From: Synechococcus sp.
GTDB lineage: Bacteria; Cyanobacteriota; Cyanobacteriia; PCC-6307; Cyanobiaceae
NCBI GenBank assembly: GCA_047285805.1
Contig: JBJBCN010000003.1
Location: forward strand, 256,001 to 320,000
Length of the DNA: 64,000 nt
Reading direction: 5' to 3'
The first letter of the stretch is position 1. Every line of letters starts with the position of its first letter. The position numbers and the translations under genes were made by a program. Of this stretch, positions 9,772-19,682 are shown one piece after another. The notes below the pieces were generated by a model. It was not told the origin of the DNA, ran no database searches, and was given only the letters and a program-made list of their open reading frames with translations.

Positions 9772-10764
9772 TTATATGGGACTTGGCAGTGTCATACAAA
9801 TGTTGGACTGCTCAACGCACTGCTCGATCAAGTCAGCCAGTAGCAAAGCGCGCGAGGCCTGGGGGCCATCTACCGCTGGCTGTTCTTCACCTCGAACACA
9901 CTGGAGGAAGTGCTCGAGCTCAGCTACTAGAGGGTCCACCGGGGAAGTGCTGACCTCTTCGATGAAACCGTCATTGCGGTAAAGCAGTTCGCCGTGGTCT
10001 GCGCTGAAAGACTGATGAGTCCGCCTGTGAATCTGAAGGCTTCGGTTAAGGAAGTCGGTTTCCACAAGGGCGCTGCGGCAGTGGGCTGAGAGGCTGCGAA
10101 TTTTGCGGTGGGCCATCTTGCTGGCGGTCAGGCTGGCGACCACACCATTGGCAAAGCCCAAGGTGGCATTGACGTAATCGATCGGACCAGCGGCGCTGCG
10201 GCCGCCGGCGGCCGCAAGACGAATGACGGGAGCCTGAGCAAGTTCCAGCACCAAATCAATATCATGGATCATTAGATCCAGCACCACCGATACGTCATTG
10301 GCGCGGTCCGGGTTGGGGCTATGGCGACGGGCCTCCAGCACCACCACTTGTTCGCCAGCGACCACCTTGACTAACTCGCGGAAGGCTGGGTTGAAGCGTT
10401 CGATGTGGCCTACCTGCAGCAAACGGCCGGCGGCTTTCGCTGCTCGAATCAGATCGGAGGCCTCGTCTTGGGTGGCTGCGATCGGCTTCTCAATCAATAC
10501 ATGGACCCCGGCATCGAAGCAAGCCATCCCGACGCGATGGTGCAACAGAGTCGGTACCGCGATGCAGACCGCTTCAACTTCCTTCAGCAGATCGGTGTAA
10601 TCGCCAAACCAGCGGCAGCCAAACTGCTCAACCGCGAGCTGACCGCGATGGGGGTCTGGGTCAGCAACGCCGACCAGCTCGGCATCCTTGAGCAAGCTGA
10701 GCACCCTGGCGTGGTGCCAGCCCATATTTCCGATTCCAATCACTCCAACGCGGACTGGCTTCAT
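9772..10764 (-). CDS. Gfo/Idh/MocA oxidoreductase (GnnA/WbpB-like)
   Basis: GVIGIGNMG, HVLIEKPIA, VGHIERFNPA, DLMIHDID. Confidence 0.9.
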   Translation of the reverse strand: MKPVRVGVIGIGNMGWHHARVLSLLKDAELVGVADPDPHRGQLAVEQFGCRWFGDYTDLLKEVEAVCIAVPTLLHHRVGMACFDAGVHVLIEKPIAATQDEASDLIRAAKAAGRLLQVGHIERFNPAFRELVKVVAGEQVVVLEARRHSPNPDRANDVSVVLDLMIHDIDLVLELAQAPVIRLAAAGGRSAAGPIDYVNATLGFANGVVASLTASKMAHRKIRSLSAHCRSALVETDFLNRSLQIHRRTHQSFSADHGELLYRNDGFIEEVSTSPVDPLVAELEHFLQCVRGEEQPAVDGPQASRALLLADLIEQCVEQSNICMTLPSPI

Positions 10765-10798
10765 GGAGTTGGAGTTCCGGCTCGGCCATTATCAGGGA

Positions 10799-12082
10799 TC
10801 ACAGGTCGTCTTCGCTGCTGGTTTCAGGCAAACGGCGACTGATCTCTACACGCTCAATCCGAGGGCCATCCATCGCCAGGACCTCGAACTGGTGCCCCTT
10901 CCAAAACACACTTTCACCCGGTGAGGGGATGTGCTGAAGGCGCTCCAAGAGGAAACCGGCGAGGGTGTGATGTTCGTCGGATTCAGGCAACAGGAGGTTG
11001 AGCTCCCGGTTGAGCTCGTAAATCTCCAGATCTCCGGCCACCAGCCAGCTGTCGTCCTGGAGCTGCTGGAGGTCCTCCTCGGGATTTTCGGGATCCTTTT
11101 CTTCGCCGACGATCTCGCTGGTGAAATCCGAAATCGTAACCAGACCCTCGGTGCCGCCGTGCTCATCCACCACGAGCAACAGCGGTTGACCACTACGAAT
11201 CAAGGGCAGCAATTCAGCTACCGGTGTGGTCTCTTGGACCTTGGTAACTGCGGTTACATAGGGAGCCAAGGGTGTATGCCGCTGCAGCAGTCCCTTGGCA
11301 ATGGGTTCCGCCAAACGCCTTAGGTCCAGCACTCCGCGCACGTCATCGAGGCAGCTACCCAAGACCGGGAATCGGGCGTGGTGGGTCGTATGGACCGCCT
11401 CCATCAGCTCACCAAAGCGCACCTCCAAAGGCAGGGTGACCATGCCCGAACGGGGGACCATCACCTCCCGCACCTGGGTATCGCGCAGAGAAAAGAGACC
11501 CTCCAACATGTCGCGCTCATCAGGCATCAATCCAGTGACGCTGTTGGACTCAATCAGGGTTTCGAGCTCACCCGCTGAGAGCGCCGGCACCAACTGATCC
11601 CAGTTGCGCGGCAAGCCCAGCAGGCGCAGCATCCCATCGCCCAAGCGCTCCACCACCGCCAAAAACGGCGCTAAAGTTCGAATGATGTTCTCCAGCACCG
11701 GAGCGAGCCGCAGAGCGGTGGCTTCCGGGCGATGCAAGACCCAGGCCTTGGGCACCAAGCCACCCAAAACAGTGGCCAGGAGCACAAGGAGGGCAAAGAC
11801 AGCAATGTCCCACCAGACCTGCTGGCGGGACACAGTGGAGAGCCGTTCCGCCAGGGCGCGGCCGCTCCAACCCAAGGCCAGCATGGCCATGGCCATGCCG
11901 AGCTGCGTCGTCACTAGGGCCCGAAGCAAACGCCGCTGTAGGCGTGCCACGGCAGTCGCGCCGGCGTGGCCGTCCTCCTCGAGCAACTGCACCCTGGTCG
12001 GGCGCAGGCGAATCAGGGCCAATTCGGAGGCGGCAAAAAATGCCAGCAGGATCAGCAGGGCCGCCGGAGCCAGAAATCGCAT
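10799..12082 (-). CDS. Hemolysin/CorC-HlyC family CNNM-CBS protein
   Basis: FFAASELAL, VREVMVPR, HARFPV, VVDEHGGTEGLVT, TLAGF; ATG 12082 (alternative TTG 12088). Confidence 0.9.
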   Translation of the reverse strand: MRFLAPAALLILLAFFAASELALIRLRPTRVQLLEEDGHAGATAVARLQRRLLRALVTTQLGMAMAMLALGWSGRALAERLSTVSRQQVWWDIAVFALLVLLATVLGGLVPKAWVLHRPEATALRLAPVLENIIRTLAPFLAVVERLGDGMLRLLGLPRNWDQLVPALSAGELETLIESNSVTGLMPDERDMLEGLFSLRDTQVREVMVPRSGMVTLPLEVRFGELMEAVHTTHHARFPVLGSCLDDVRGVLDLRRLAEPIAKGLLQRHTPLAPYVTAVTKVQETTPVAELLPLIRSGQPLLLVVDEHGGTEGLVTISDFTSEIVGEEKDPENPEEDLQQLQDDSWLVAGDLEIYELNRELNLLLPESDEHHTLAGFLLERLQHIPSPGESVFWKGHQFEVLAMDGPRIERVEISRRLPETSSEDDL

Positions 12083-12092
12083 CGCCAAAGAA

Positions 12093-12165
12093 TGGGGGTC
12101 GCGAGGATCGAACTCGCCTAAGGCGGATTATGAGTCCGCTGCATTCACCAGATTGCTAGACCCCC
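12093..12165 (-). tRNA. tRNA with CAT anticodon (probably Ile2/lysidine type, otherwise Met)
   Basis: Reverse complement GGGGGTC-TAGCAATCTGGTGAATGCA-GCGGA-CTCATAA-TCCGC-CTTAG-GCGAG-TTCGATC-CTCGC-GACCCCC-A folds as a cloverleaf; paired 1-72 position, so not initiator; no encoded CCA. Confidence 0.95.
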
Positions 12166-12180
12166 GGCTGTTGTGGTTTA

Positions 12181-12651
12181 TCACACGCCCCGCACTGGAG
12201 CAGAGAGGTTGCCGCAGCCGCCTTGGGACAACCCTTGGCAGAAGCCATTGGAGGCATCGGTTGTGCGCCAAGGCAGGGGGATGCTCTGCTGATCCAGGAG
12301 AACTTGATAACTGTTATGGACCGCCGAGCCGTCCCAGACGATCGTCTGATCCGGGAAGCCCAGGCCCATCACCCGATTACCCTCACGGCGGCCCATGGCA
12401 ATGCCTAGAACATCAGTGATCTGATTGACGACGCTCACCCCACGTGCATACGGCCCTGTGTAGCGGAAGAAGAACTGCTCCATCAGCTCAGAAGTAGTCG
12501 TCACCGGCGCGCAGCGATTCACCTCCACAAGCAAAGAACCATCGAGGGGGGCCTCGATGCTGGTGCGACAGACAACGGGGCGCGCTGAAGCAGCCGGGCT
12601 CAGTGATCCCCCCGTGGTGGCAGCGATAACGAGTGAATGGAGCAGCTGCAT
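12181..12651 (-). CDS. Hypothetical protein, probably exported
   Basis: 156 aa GC-rich ORF with signal-like N-terminus filling the tRNA-pyrE gap. Confidence 0.65.
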   Translation of the reverse strand: MQLLHSLVIAATTGGSLSPAASARPVVCRTSIEAPLDGSLLVEVNRCAPVTTTSELMEQFFFRYTGPYARGVSVVNQITDVLGIAMGRREGNRVMGLGFPDQTIVWDGSAVHNSYQVLLDQQSIPLPWRTTDASNGFCQGLSQGGCGNLSAPVRGV

Positions 12652-12711
12652 CCCTTAGGGCTCTGGGCTCTAGGCGCAAACTAGACAGAACGAGAGTTCG
12701 ACGCCAGCGGA

Positions 12712-13296
12712 GTGACTACCACCGTTCCCCTCCCTTCCACCAGCACCGAACAGCGGCAGCTGCTGCTGGAGCTGCTGGCCACGCGGGCTTACCGCCACGG
12801 CAACTTCACTCTGGCCTCCGGCCGAACCAGCACTCACTACGTCAACTGCAAGCCCGTCAGCCTCAGCGGATTGGGGCTCGCGCTGCTATCAGCCCAAATG
12901 CTGGAACTCGTCGAGCCCGGCGCTGTGGCAGTCGCGGGCCTCACCCTCGGCGCCGACCCACTGGTCAGTGGCGTGGCGCAAGCCGCGGCCTTGGCAGGCC
13001 AAGCCCTGGATGCCCTTATCGTCCGCAAGGAAGCCAAAGGACATGGCACCGGTGCCTGGCTAGAAGGGCCCCTGCCGGAAGCGGGCAGCCTGATCACCGT
13101 GCTCGAGGACGTGGTCACCACTGGGGGCTCCTCCCTCAAAGCGGTGAAGCAGTTGCGCAAAGCGGGGTATGTGGTCGAGCGCGTCGTGACGATCGTCGAT
13201 CGCCAAGAAGGTGGCCTTGCTGCAATGCAGGAAGACGGTCTTGAACTGCGCAGCTTGTTCCAGCTGGATGAAGTCGCAGCCGCACACCAAGCATGA
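12712..13296 (+). CDS. pyrE: Orotate phosphoribosyltransferase
   Basis: [29 protein letters not shown]. Confidence 0.95.
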   Translation: MTTTVPLPSTSTEQRQLLLELLATRAYRHGNFTLASGRTSTHYVNCKPVSLSGLGLALLSAQMLELVEPGAVAVAGLTLGADPLVSGVAQAAALAGQALDALIVRKEAKGHGTGAWLEGPLPEAGSLITVLEDVVTTGGSSLKAVKQLRKAGYVVERVVTIVDRQEGGLAAMQEDGLELRSLFQLDEVAAAHQA

Positions 13297-14153
13297 GCGC
13301 AGCCAGCCGCTGGGGCACTCCCGTAAGCGTGATCCGTCTGGAGGGAAGCGACACCCGTCGCTTTCTCCATGGCCAGAGCAGTCAAGCAATTGAACTGGCC
13401 AAACCCGGAGACTGTCTGCCAACGTGCTTGATAAGCCCAACGGCCCGAATGCGCGGCCTTGCGCTGGCCTGCGTCGATGACGCAGGCGCTGACCTGATCG
13501 TCATCGCAGGCAATGGCGAAGCCATCCGGTCCGGCTTAGACCGGGTACTTTTCCCTGCCGACAACGTGCAGCTGGGTGCTGTTGAGCGGGCCACCCTCTG
13601 GCAGTGGCAGGGCGGCGCCCAAGCCGAGGCGACAGTGCTGCTTCGCCCAGGCGTCGACCTCGGCAGCGGGTCCGATGCCGAGGTTGTCTTGCAGCGATCC
13701 GGCGCGGAGCTGCCACCGTGGCTGGGTGACCTTCAGGAATGGTCCAATGAACAGGTGGAAGCCAACCGGCTGCACCATGGCCTACCCGCCGAACCTGGCG
13801 AACTCAATGACGACACCAATCCGTTTGAGCTGGGACTAACCAATTGGGTGAGCCTGCACAAGGGTTGCTACGTGGGCCAGGAGACCCTGGCGAAACTCGC
13901 TACCTATGACGGGGTGAAGCAACAGCTGCGCTACTGGGAAAGCAGCGAAGCCGTCGAGCCCGGCACAACCCTGAGCAGCTCTGGCGGTGAACGCGCTGGA
14001 GTAGTGACCTCCTCTCAGGGGTGCCGGGGGCTCGCGATGATCCGCCGCTCTCAGCTCAAGGCCAGCAACCTTCAGGCAGATGGCACCGAGGTGACCATCA
14101 GCACACCCCTTGCCTTTGTCGCTCCTCCGATCGGCACTGGCGGTCAGGGCTGA
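13293..14153 (+). CDS. ygfZ: Folate-binding protein YgfZ
   Basis: KGCYVGQE signature, RRFLHGQ. Confidence 0.9.
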   Translation: MSAASRWGTPVSVIRLEGSDTRRFLHGQSSQAIELAKPGDCLPTCLISPTARMRGLALACVDDAGADLIVIAGNGEAIRSGLDRVLFPADNVQLGAVERATLWQWQGGAQAEATVLLRPGVDLGSGSDAEVVLQRSGAELPPWLGDLQEWSNEQVEANRLHHGLPAEPGELNDDTNPFELGLTNWVSLHKGCYVGQETLAKLATYDGVKQQLRYWESSEAVEPGTTLSSSGGERAGVVTSSQGCRGLAMIRRSQLKASNLQADGTEVTISTPLAFVAPPIGTGGQG

Positions 14154-15595
14154 TCGAGAAGCCAACGGGCGACCACCCAGGTCGCCAAGGCATCGTCGTG
14201 GTTGTAGCGGAAGATCCGGCGCAGGTTCAGACGAGAGCCACGGCCATCGGCGCCGGCTCCACCCAGGCGCCAGCGGCGCCACCAGAGCAAGGCCCGAGCG
14301 CCATCAACCCCCTGCTGGCTCCAACGGAAGCCAAGCCAACTGGCTACCGCCTTCAGCCCGTAGCTGTTGGTGGGCATCCACCAGTGCTGGCGCAGGCGCT
14401 GATGCACATCCAGCATCCGAGCCCGCAAAGCCTTGAGCTCCCGCTCGCGCAGGCCCAAGCGTTGGCCCATCCTGACCAGGGCCAAGACCTCCGTTTCGCC
14501 GAAGTGCAAGACCGGCCAATCGGGATAGGCCTCGAGTAAGCGCATCAGTCGCTGCCAGAGCCGCTCTTCGCCGTGCTCGAGCAAGGCCAGGATTGGGTGA
14601 TAAGGCGCTTCTGACGCCTGAGCAAGATCGGGCCAGCTGCCATCGGGATTGCGGGGCAGGCGCACAAAGCCATGCAAGAAATCGTCCCGGGCATCGGGAT
14701 CCGATTCGATGTCGTAGATCAGCACCCCAGGGGCATCCAACAATTCTGGCAAGGCCGCCAGAGGGTCACGCCGTAGCGGTTCACCCTTCGCCTGCACCTG
14801 AGCCTGGGTCACCAGCTGTGGGGCGATCTCGGCGTGCTGCTCGCCGTAGGTCATCAGCCGAGCGGCCAGCTCGCTTGGATCGGCCTGAGCCAGGGCCGTC
14901 AGGCGATCAATCCCCAGCTCAAGCAACATGTCGCGCCGCTTCGCGCCAATGCCGCTGACTTCGCTGAGGTGCCCTTCCGCCGCCGCCACTTGATCGCAGC
15001 TGGACTTCCAGCTGCAGAGCACGCACTTCTTGCGATCCGCCACCAACGGGGGAGGCATCGAACGGCATAGGTCGTCGGCGAGGCGGTCCAGCGCCTCATC
15101 CAACTGACGCGGGAGGCTGCCGGCCAACGGCACGGTCTCCTGCTGCAGGCCGCGCCCGGAGCCTGAGAGCACCAAGGCCGTTCGCACCGGCGACTGTTGC
15201 GCCTCCGCCAGTAAGCGACCCCAGAGGGCCAAGACATAACGATGCTCACGGGTGGTGCGCCGGCCGGGCCGGAACAGCACCGGCCGGTAGCTGTGGGAGC
15301 CCCAACGGCTGGAGCCTTTAACCCGCTGCAGCAGAGGGGGATGGGCTTCAATACCGTCACCCTTTAGACGAAAACCGACTAGCGCCGAGGCTCCCGCGCG
15401 AGCCGCCGCCTCGCCATGGCCCGGGCGCTCGGGAAACAAGGTAGCAAAACTGCGGCGCTGCTCATCAAGCTGCAGCTCCCGGTGGGAGGTCCACTGGCGC
15501 TGGGTGCTGTCGCCGTGGCAATCAAGCCAGGCGCGGCGCTTGCAGCGCAGCCAACTGCGCAACAGCCGGTCGGTCAGCAGGATTTGTCCAAGCAC
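14144..15595 (-). CDS. TM0106 family RecB-like putative nuclease
   Basis: CKRRAWLD, CxxCxW...C, HhH (SGIGAK), YDIESD, SYGLKAVA, YNHDD. Confidence 0.85.
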   Translation of the reverse strand: MLGQILLTDRLLRSWLRCKRRAWLDCHGDSTQRQWTSHRELQLDEQRRSFATLFPERPGHGEAAARAGASALVGFRLKGDGIEAHPPLLQRVKGSSRWGSHSYRPVLFRPGRRTTREHRYVLALWGRLLAEAQQSPVRTALVLSGSGRGLQQETVPLAGSLPRQLDEALDRLADDLCRSMPPPLVADRKKCVLCSWKSSCDQVAAAEGHLSEVSGIGAKRRDMLLELGIDRLTALAQADPSELAARLMTYGEQHAEIAPQLVTQAQVQAKGEPLRRDPLAALPELLDAPGVLIYDIESDPDARDDFLHGFVRLPRNPDGSWPDLAQASEAPYHPILALLEHGEERLWQRLMRLLEAYPDWPVLHFGETEVLALVRMGQRLGLRERELKALRARMLDVHQRLRQHWWMPTNSYGLKAVASWLGFRWSQQGVDGARALLWWRRWRLGGAGADGRGSRLNLRRIFRYNHDDALATWVVARWLLDQP

Positions 15596-15695
15596 CCATT
15601 GACGCTAGGTGGCCGTCTTCGGGTCCGGCACCTGGATCAACGCAGGCGGTGAGGCGGGCTGCTAGCACCATGAATAACGCCCGTGCCCTACTCCG

Positions 15696-17198
15696 ATGGC
15701 TTCAGCGCCCCTGCCCTTGGAGGCCAGCCCGATCGCCTTCGGAACCGATGGCTGGCGCGGCATCCTCGGCTTGGACATCACCGTAGAGAAGCTGCTGCCG
15801 GTGGCGGCGGCTTCGGCGCGTGAGCTCGAGGCTTCGGCTCCGGCCGGCCTGACCAGCCGCGAAGTCGTTATCGGCTACGACCGCCGTTTCCTCGCGCCCG
15901 AACTCGCCGAAGCGATATGCAGCGCCGTCCGCGGAGCCGACCTGGTGCCGGTGCTGGCGGGAGCGCCCATCCCCACTCCGGCCGCCAGTTGGGCCGTGGT
16001 TGAGCGTAAAGCCCTTGGCGCACTGGTCATCACTGCGAGCCATAACCCGCCAGAGTGGCTGGGCCTCAAAATCAAAGGCCCCTTCGGCGGGTCGGTAGAA
16101 GGCGACTTCACACAGCGCGTCGAACGGCGGCTTCAGGCGGGCGGCATCTCCGTGCCGGTCCAAGGGGAGACCCTGCGCTTTGACGCCATGGGGACCTACC
16201 TGGCCGGACTGAAAGCCAAGGTCGACACCCAGTCCCTGAGCGACGGACTGGAACGTCTCGGCCTGCAGGTGATCGTCGATCCCATGCACGGCTCAGCGGC
16301 CGGCGGCCTAAGCCGCCTGCTGGAGGGCGCCGCCCAACGCGATCACCTGCGCGAAATCCGCTCGAACCGCGACACCCTCTTTGGCGGCAATCCACCGGAA
16401 CCCCTAGCCCCCTATTTACAGGAGCTGATCACGGAGGTGCGGGCTTCAACCCTGACGGGCAGGCCAGCGGTGGGCATCGTGTTTGACGGCGATGGCGATC
16501 GCATCGCTGCAGTGGATGAACACGGACGCTTTTGCAGCACCCAGCTGCTGATGCCACTGTTCATCGATCACCTGGCCCGCGCCAAGGGGCTGAGCGGTTC
16601 GGTCGTGAAAACCGTGAGCGGCTCGGACCTTATGCAACTGGTGGCCGAAGACCTGGGCAGGCCCGTGCTGGAGAAAGCAGTGGGCTTCAAGTACATCGCG
16701 GCGGAAATGCTCAGCAGTGACGTGATGGTGGGCGGCGAAGAGTCAGGCGGTGTGGGCTTCGGGAGCCACCTACCGGAGCGCGATGCTCTCTACGCCGCGC
16801 TGCTCTTGATTGAGGCCCTCGTAGAGGGAGGAAAGCCCCTTGGCGTCCGGGTCAGCGAACTCCAAGAGCGCTGCGGAGGTGCCGCGGCCTATGACCGCTT
16901 GGACCTGCGACTACGAGACATGGCCACCCGGCAACGGCTCGAGCAGTACCTAGCCAGCACGCCACCGGCAGAGGTCGCCGGGATCGCGGTGCAAGAGGTG
17001 ATCACAACCGACGGGGTAAAACTGCGTCTGGGCCCCAGCCACTGGTTAATGCTGCGCTTCTCCGGCACCGAGCCATTGCTGCGGCTCTACTGCGAGGCAC
17101 CGTCAGAATCAAGAGTAAAAGAAGTTCTTGCGTGGGCGCAAAGTTTCGCAGGGAGGCAGTCTGAAGCAGAGACATCCCGAAGAGAAACCAGGCCATAA
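15696..17198 (+). CDS. Phosphoglucomutase/phosphomannomutase
   Basis: FGTDGWRG, TASHNP, FDGDGDR, GGEESGG, RFSGTEP. Confidence 0.95.
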   Translation: MASAPLPLEASPIAFGTDGWRGILGLDITVEKLLPVAAASARELEASAPAGLTSREVVIGYDRRFLAPELAEAICSAVRGADLVPVLAGAPIPTPAASWAVVERKALGALVITASHNPPEWLGLKIKGPFGGSVEGDFTQRVERRLQAGGISVPVQGETLRFDAMGTYLAGLKAKVDTQSLSDGLERLGLQVIVDPMHGSAAGGLSRLLEGAAQRDHLREIRSNRDTLFGGNPPEPLAPYLQELITEVRASTLTGRPAVGIVFDGDGDRIAAVDEHGRFCSTQLLMPLFIDHLARAKGLSGSVVKTVSGSDLMQLVAEDLGRPVLEKAVGFKYIAAEMLSSDVMVGGEESGGVGFGSHLPERDALYAALLLIEALVEGGKPLGVRVSELQERCGGAAAYDRLDLRLRDMATRQRLEQYLASTPPAEVAGIAVQEVITTDGVKLRLGPSHWLMLRFSGTEPLLRLYCEAPSESRVKEVLAWAQSFAGRQSEAETSRRETRP

Positions 17199-17223
17199 TG
17201 ACGAATAGGTAATTGCCAAGTGA

Positions 17224-18153
17224 ATGAAGGCTCTAGTCACAGGTGGCGCAGGCTTCATCGGCGGTCATATCGCTAGAGACCTCTGCAGAAAGGGAGAGGA
17301 CGTAACCGTAATTGACAATTTGAGAACGGGAAACATGAAGAATGTGCCGGCTTCATCAAGGTTCCTGAGATTAGACTTAGGAAGAGACAGTCTAGAAGAG
17401 GCTTTCAAGGAAGGTTATGATGTTGTTTATCATTTTGCGGGCCAGAGCTCAGTAGAGATCTCTTATTCCGACCCTCTATACGACCTAGACACGAACTGTA
17501 GATCTACGCTTCAATTGCTAGATCTTTGCAGAAGAAGCGGCACAAATAGATTCATTTTTGCCAGCACTATGTCTGTCTACGGAGGAGAGGGTGAAATGCC
17601 GAAGGATGAAAGTGCACCAAGAAACGGGAAGAATTTTTACGCAATCTCAAAGAAGGCAAGTGAAGACTACCTTTGGATTTATGAGAGGTTTGGAATAAAA
17701 AGTACTGCGCTACGGCTCTTCAACATCTACGGACCAGGTCAGAATTTAGAAAACCTTCGGCAAGGCATGCTCTCTATCTACCTGGCTCAAGCAATGAGAA
17801 CTGGCAAGATTCTTGTCAAAGGAAGCCTTGAGAGGACAAGAGACTTTGTCTATATAGACGATGTCATAGGTGCAACGAGAGCCGTGACAGCAAGTGAATC
17901 ATGCTGGGGCAGAGCCTTGAATGTATGCTCGGGCAAAGAATTCAGCGTTAAAGACATAATAGACTTAATATCCAAGGCACTAATGAAAGATGTGAGCATA
18001 GAGATTGCAGCAGGTACACCCGGAGATATTGACCGGATGGTTGGGTGCCCGGAATTGCTTAAAGAGTTAACCGGGTACGAATGCCGAGTCGGTCTACAAG
18101 ATGGAATAGAATCGATGATAAGCTCAGTCAAAGGAGACAATTACTATGCATAG
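17224..18153 (+). CDS. NAD-dependent epimerase/dehydratase (GalE-like extended SDR)
   Basis: TGGAGFIG, YAISK, RLFNIYGPGQ, RDFVYIDD. Confidence 0.9.
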   Translation: MKALVTGGAGFIGGHIARDLCRKGEDVTVIDNLRTGNMKNVPASSRFLRLDLGRDSLEEAFKEGYDVVYHFAGQSSVEISYSDPLYDLDTNCRSTLQLLDLCRRSGTNRFIFASTMSVYGGEGEMPKDESAPRNGKNFYAISKKASEDYLWIYERFGIKSTALRLFNIYGPGQNLENLRQGMLSIYLAQAMRTGKILVKGSLERTRDFVYIDDVIGATRAVTASESCWGRALNVCSGKEFSVKDIIDLISKALMKDVSIEIAAGTPGDIDRMVGCPELLKELTGYECRVGLQDGIESMISSVKGDNYYA

Positions 18154-18892
18154 CAACAGAAAGATAGGGATTGTAACTGGATGCGGCAAAGGAATTGGAA
18201 GAGCAATTCTGGAGGAACTCGGCAAAAAGCCCGAATGGCATTTGGTAGGTATTCACAGGAGTGGGGTTGATAAAGAGCGTCAGCTTAAACAAGTAATAGG
18301 GAATAGGTTGAAGCTAATCCAGGGTGACGTGACATCAACAACGATTTGGGATGAGGCGATTGATGCAGCTACCAATGCATTTGGCAATTCACCGAAACAC
18401 TATATAGCGAATGCTGGCATGAGGTGTAGGGATAGGATAGAGAATGTTTCAACTGAAAGGCTGGGACAATTGTGGAATACCAACTACTTTGCTCTGCGCG
18501 AGATGATTTGTACAATGACAAGGAAAAAAGTAATTGAGACTTCTAATGTAGTATATATATCTTCCATAGTTGGTCAGCTTGGATTTGCCGATTTAGATGA
18601 TTATGGAGCCACTAAAGCCGCTTGCGACTCGTTACTACGATCAATGGCATCAAGGCACGGACAAGCCAGGTTCAACTCAATCGCACCAGGCTTTACAAAA
18701 AGCTCATACGCCGAAGCATTTGAAAAGAATCAAAGAGATCTGCACGAATGGACATTAGAAAGAGCACGAATGCGCAGGTGGGGTGAGTGCCAAGAAGTCG
18801 CGAAGGTTGTTGAGTTCTTGTGCTCAGAAAGCAGCTCATTCATTACAGGTCAAGTCATCAACGTTGATGGAGGTTGGACTACAAATGCCTAA
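18146..18892 (+). CDS. Classical SDR oxidoreductase
   Basis: TGCGKGIG, ANAG, YGATK, NSIAPG, ITGQVINVDGG. Confidence 0.9.
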   Translation: MHSNRKIGIVTGCGKGIGRAILEELGKKPEWHLVGIHRSGVDKERQLKQVIGNRLKLIQGDVTSTTIWDEAIDAATNAFGNSPKHYIANAGMRCRDRIENVSTERLGQLWNTNYFALREMICTMTRKKVIETSNVVYISSIVGQLGFADLDDYGATKAACDSLLRSMASRHGQARFNSIAPGFTKSSYAEAFEKNQRDLHEWTLERARMRRWGECQEVAKVVEFLCSESSSFITGQVINVDGGWTTNA

Positions 18893-19673
18893 TGCAAGAT
18901 TTATGGTTCTGATTCCTTGCCGCCTTAATTCGACAAGGCTACCAGGGAAAGCGCTGAAAAAACTAGGCAACAAAACGCTGATTGAGACTGTTTATTCCAA
19001 TGCAAAGCAAGCATTAGAAGAGATACGCCTTGATGCAGACATTGCAGTATGTACTGACTCAACAGAGATCGTGGCTGTACTCGCCGCAGGTAGGGTGCCT
19101 ACATACATGACTTCTAGCACTCACAAGAACGGAACAGAGCGGATTGCCGAGTGCATAAGGAGATACGACTTAAAGCATGAGTTTATAATCGACATACAGG
19201 GAGACGAGCCCTTTGTCAATGCAGAGATTTTAGAGGTTGTAGCACATGAAATTCTGGCTCAGCAAGATCGAAACAGTCAACGTTCATACATTGTCCTCCC
19301 GCATCAGCAAATGAGCTACGAGGAAGCTGTAAGGGAAAGCGTCGTAAAACTTGTGCTCAATCGCCATGGCAATGTCATGTACATGAGCAGAGCACTGATC
19401 CCACAAACACACAAACCGAACGACGCAGCCAATTCTGTGCTTTACGCGAAACATCTTTCTGTAATTGGTTTCACAAGATCTGCGTTGTCACGGTATGCAG
19501 AGTTAGAAAGAGGTGAGAATGAATCACGTGAGGATATTGAGTTATTGCGAGCCCTTGAAGATGGAATCATGATAGTATCTCCCAGATCAGAATCCAGCAC
19601 ATTTTCAATTGACACAGAAGATGACCTGCATAAGGCTAGAGGCCTTATATGCACAAACGACGATGGCAACTAA
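18885..19673 (+). CDS. kdsB: KdsB-like ulosonate cytidylyltransferase
   Basis: IPCRLNSTRLPGKAL, NGTERIAE, IQGDEP, MYMSRA, EDIELLRALE, IDTEDDL; ATG 18885 overlaps the SDR stop. Confidence 0.8.
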   Translation: MPNARFMVLIPCRLNSTRLPGKALKKLGNKTLIETVYSNAKQALEEIRLDADIAVCTDSTEIVAVLAAGRVPTYMTSSTHKNGTERIAECIRRYDLKHEFIIDIQGDEPFVNAEILEVVAHEILAQQDRNSQRSYIVLPHQQMSYEEAVRESVVKLVLNRHGNVMYMSRALIPQTHKPNDAANSVLYAKHLSVIGFTRSALSRYAELERGENESREDIELLRALEDGIMIVSPRSESSTFSIDTEDDLHKARGLICTNDDGN

Positions 19674-19682
19674 AATGGTTAA

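Noticed and set aside
12093..12165. tRNA as island integration site
   Set aside because: Both flanks are GC-rich core genes; no duplicated 3' end or integrase seen
14144..15595. TM0106 nuclease as a defence or Cas4 system
   Set aside because: Core-like codon usage, housekeeping context, no cas genes or repeat array
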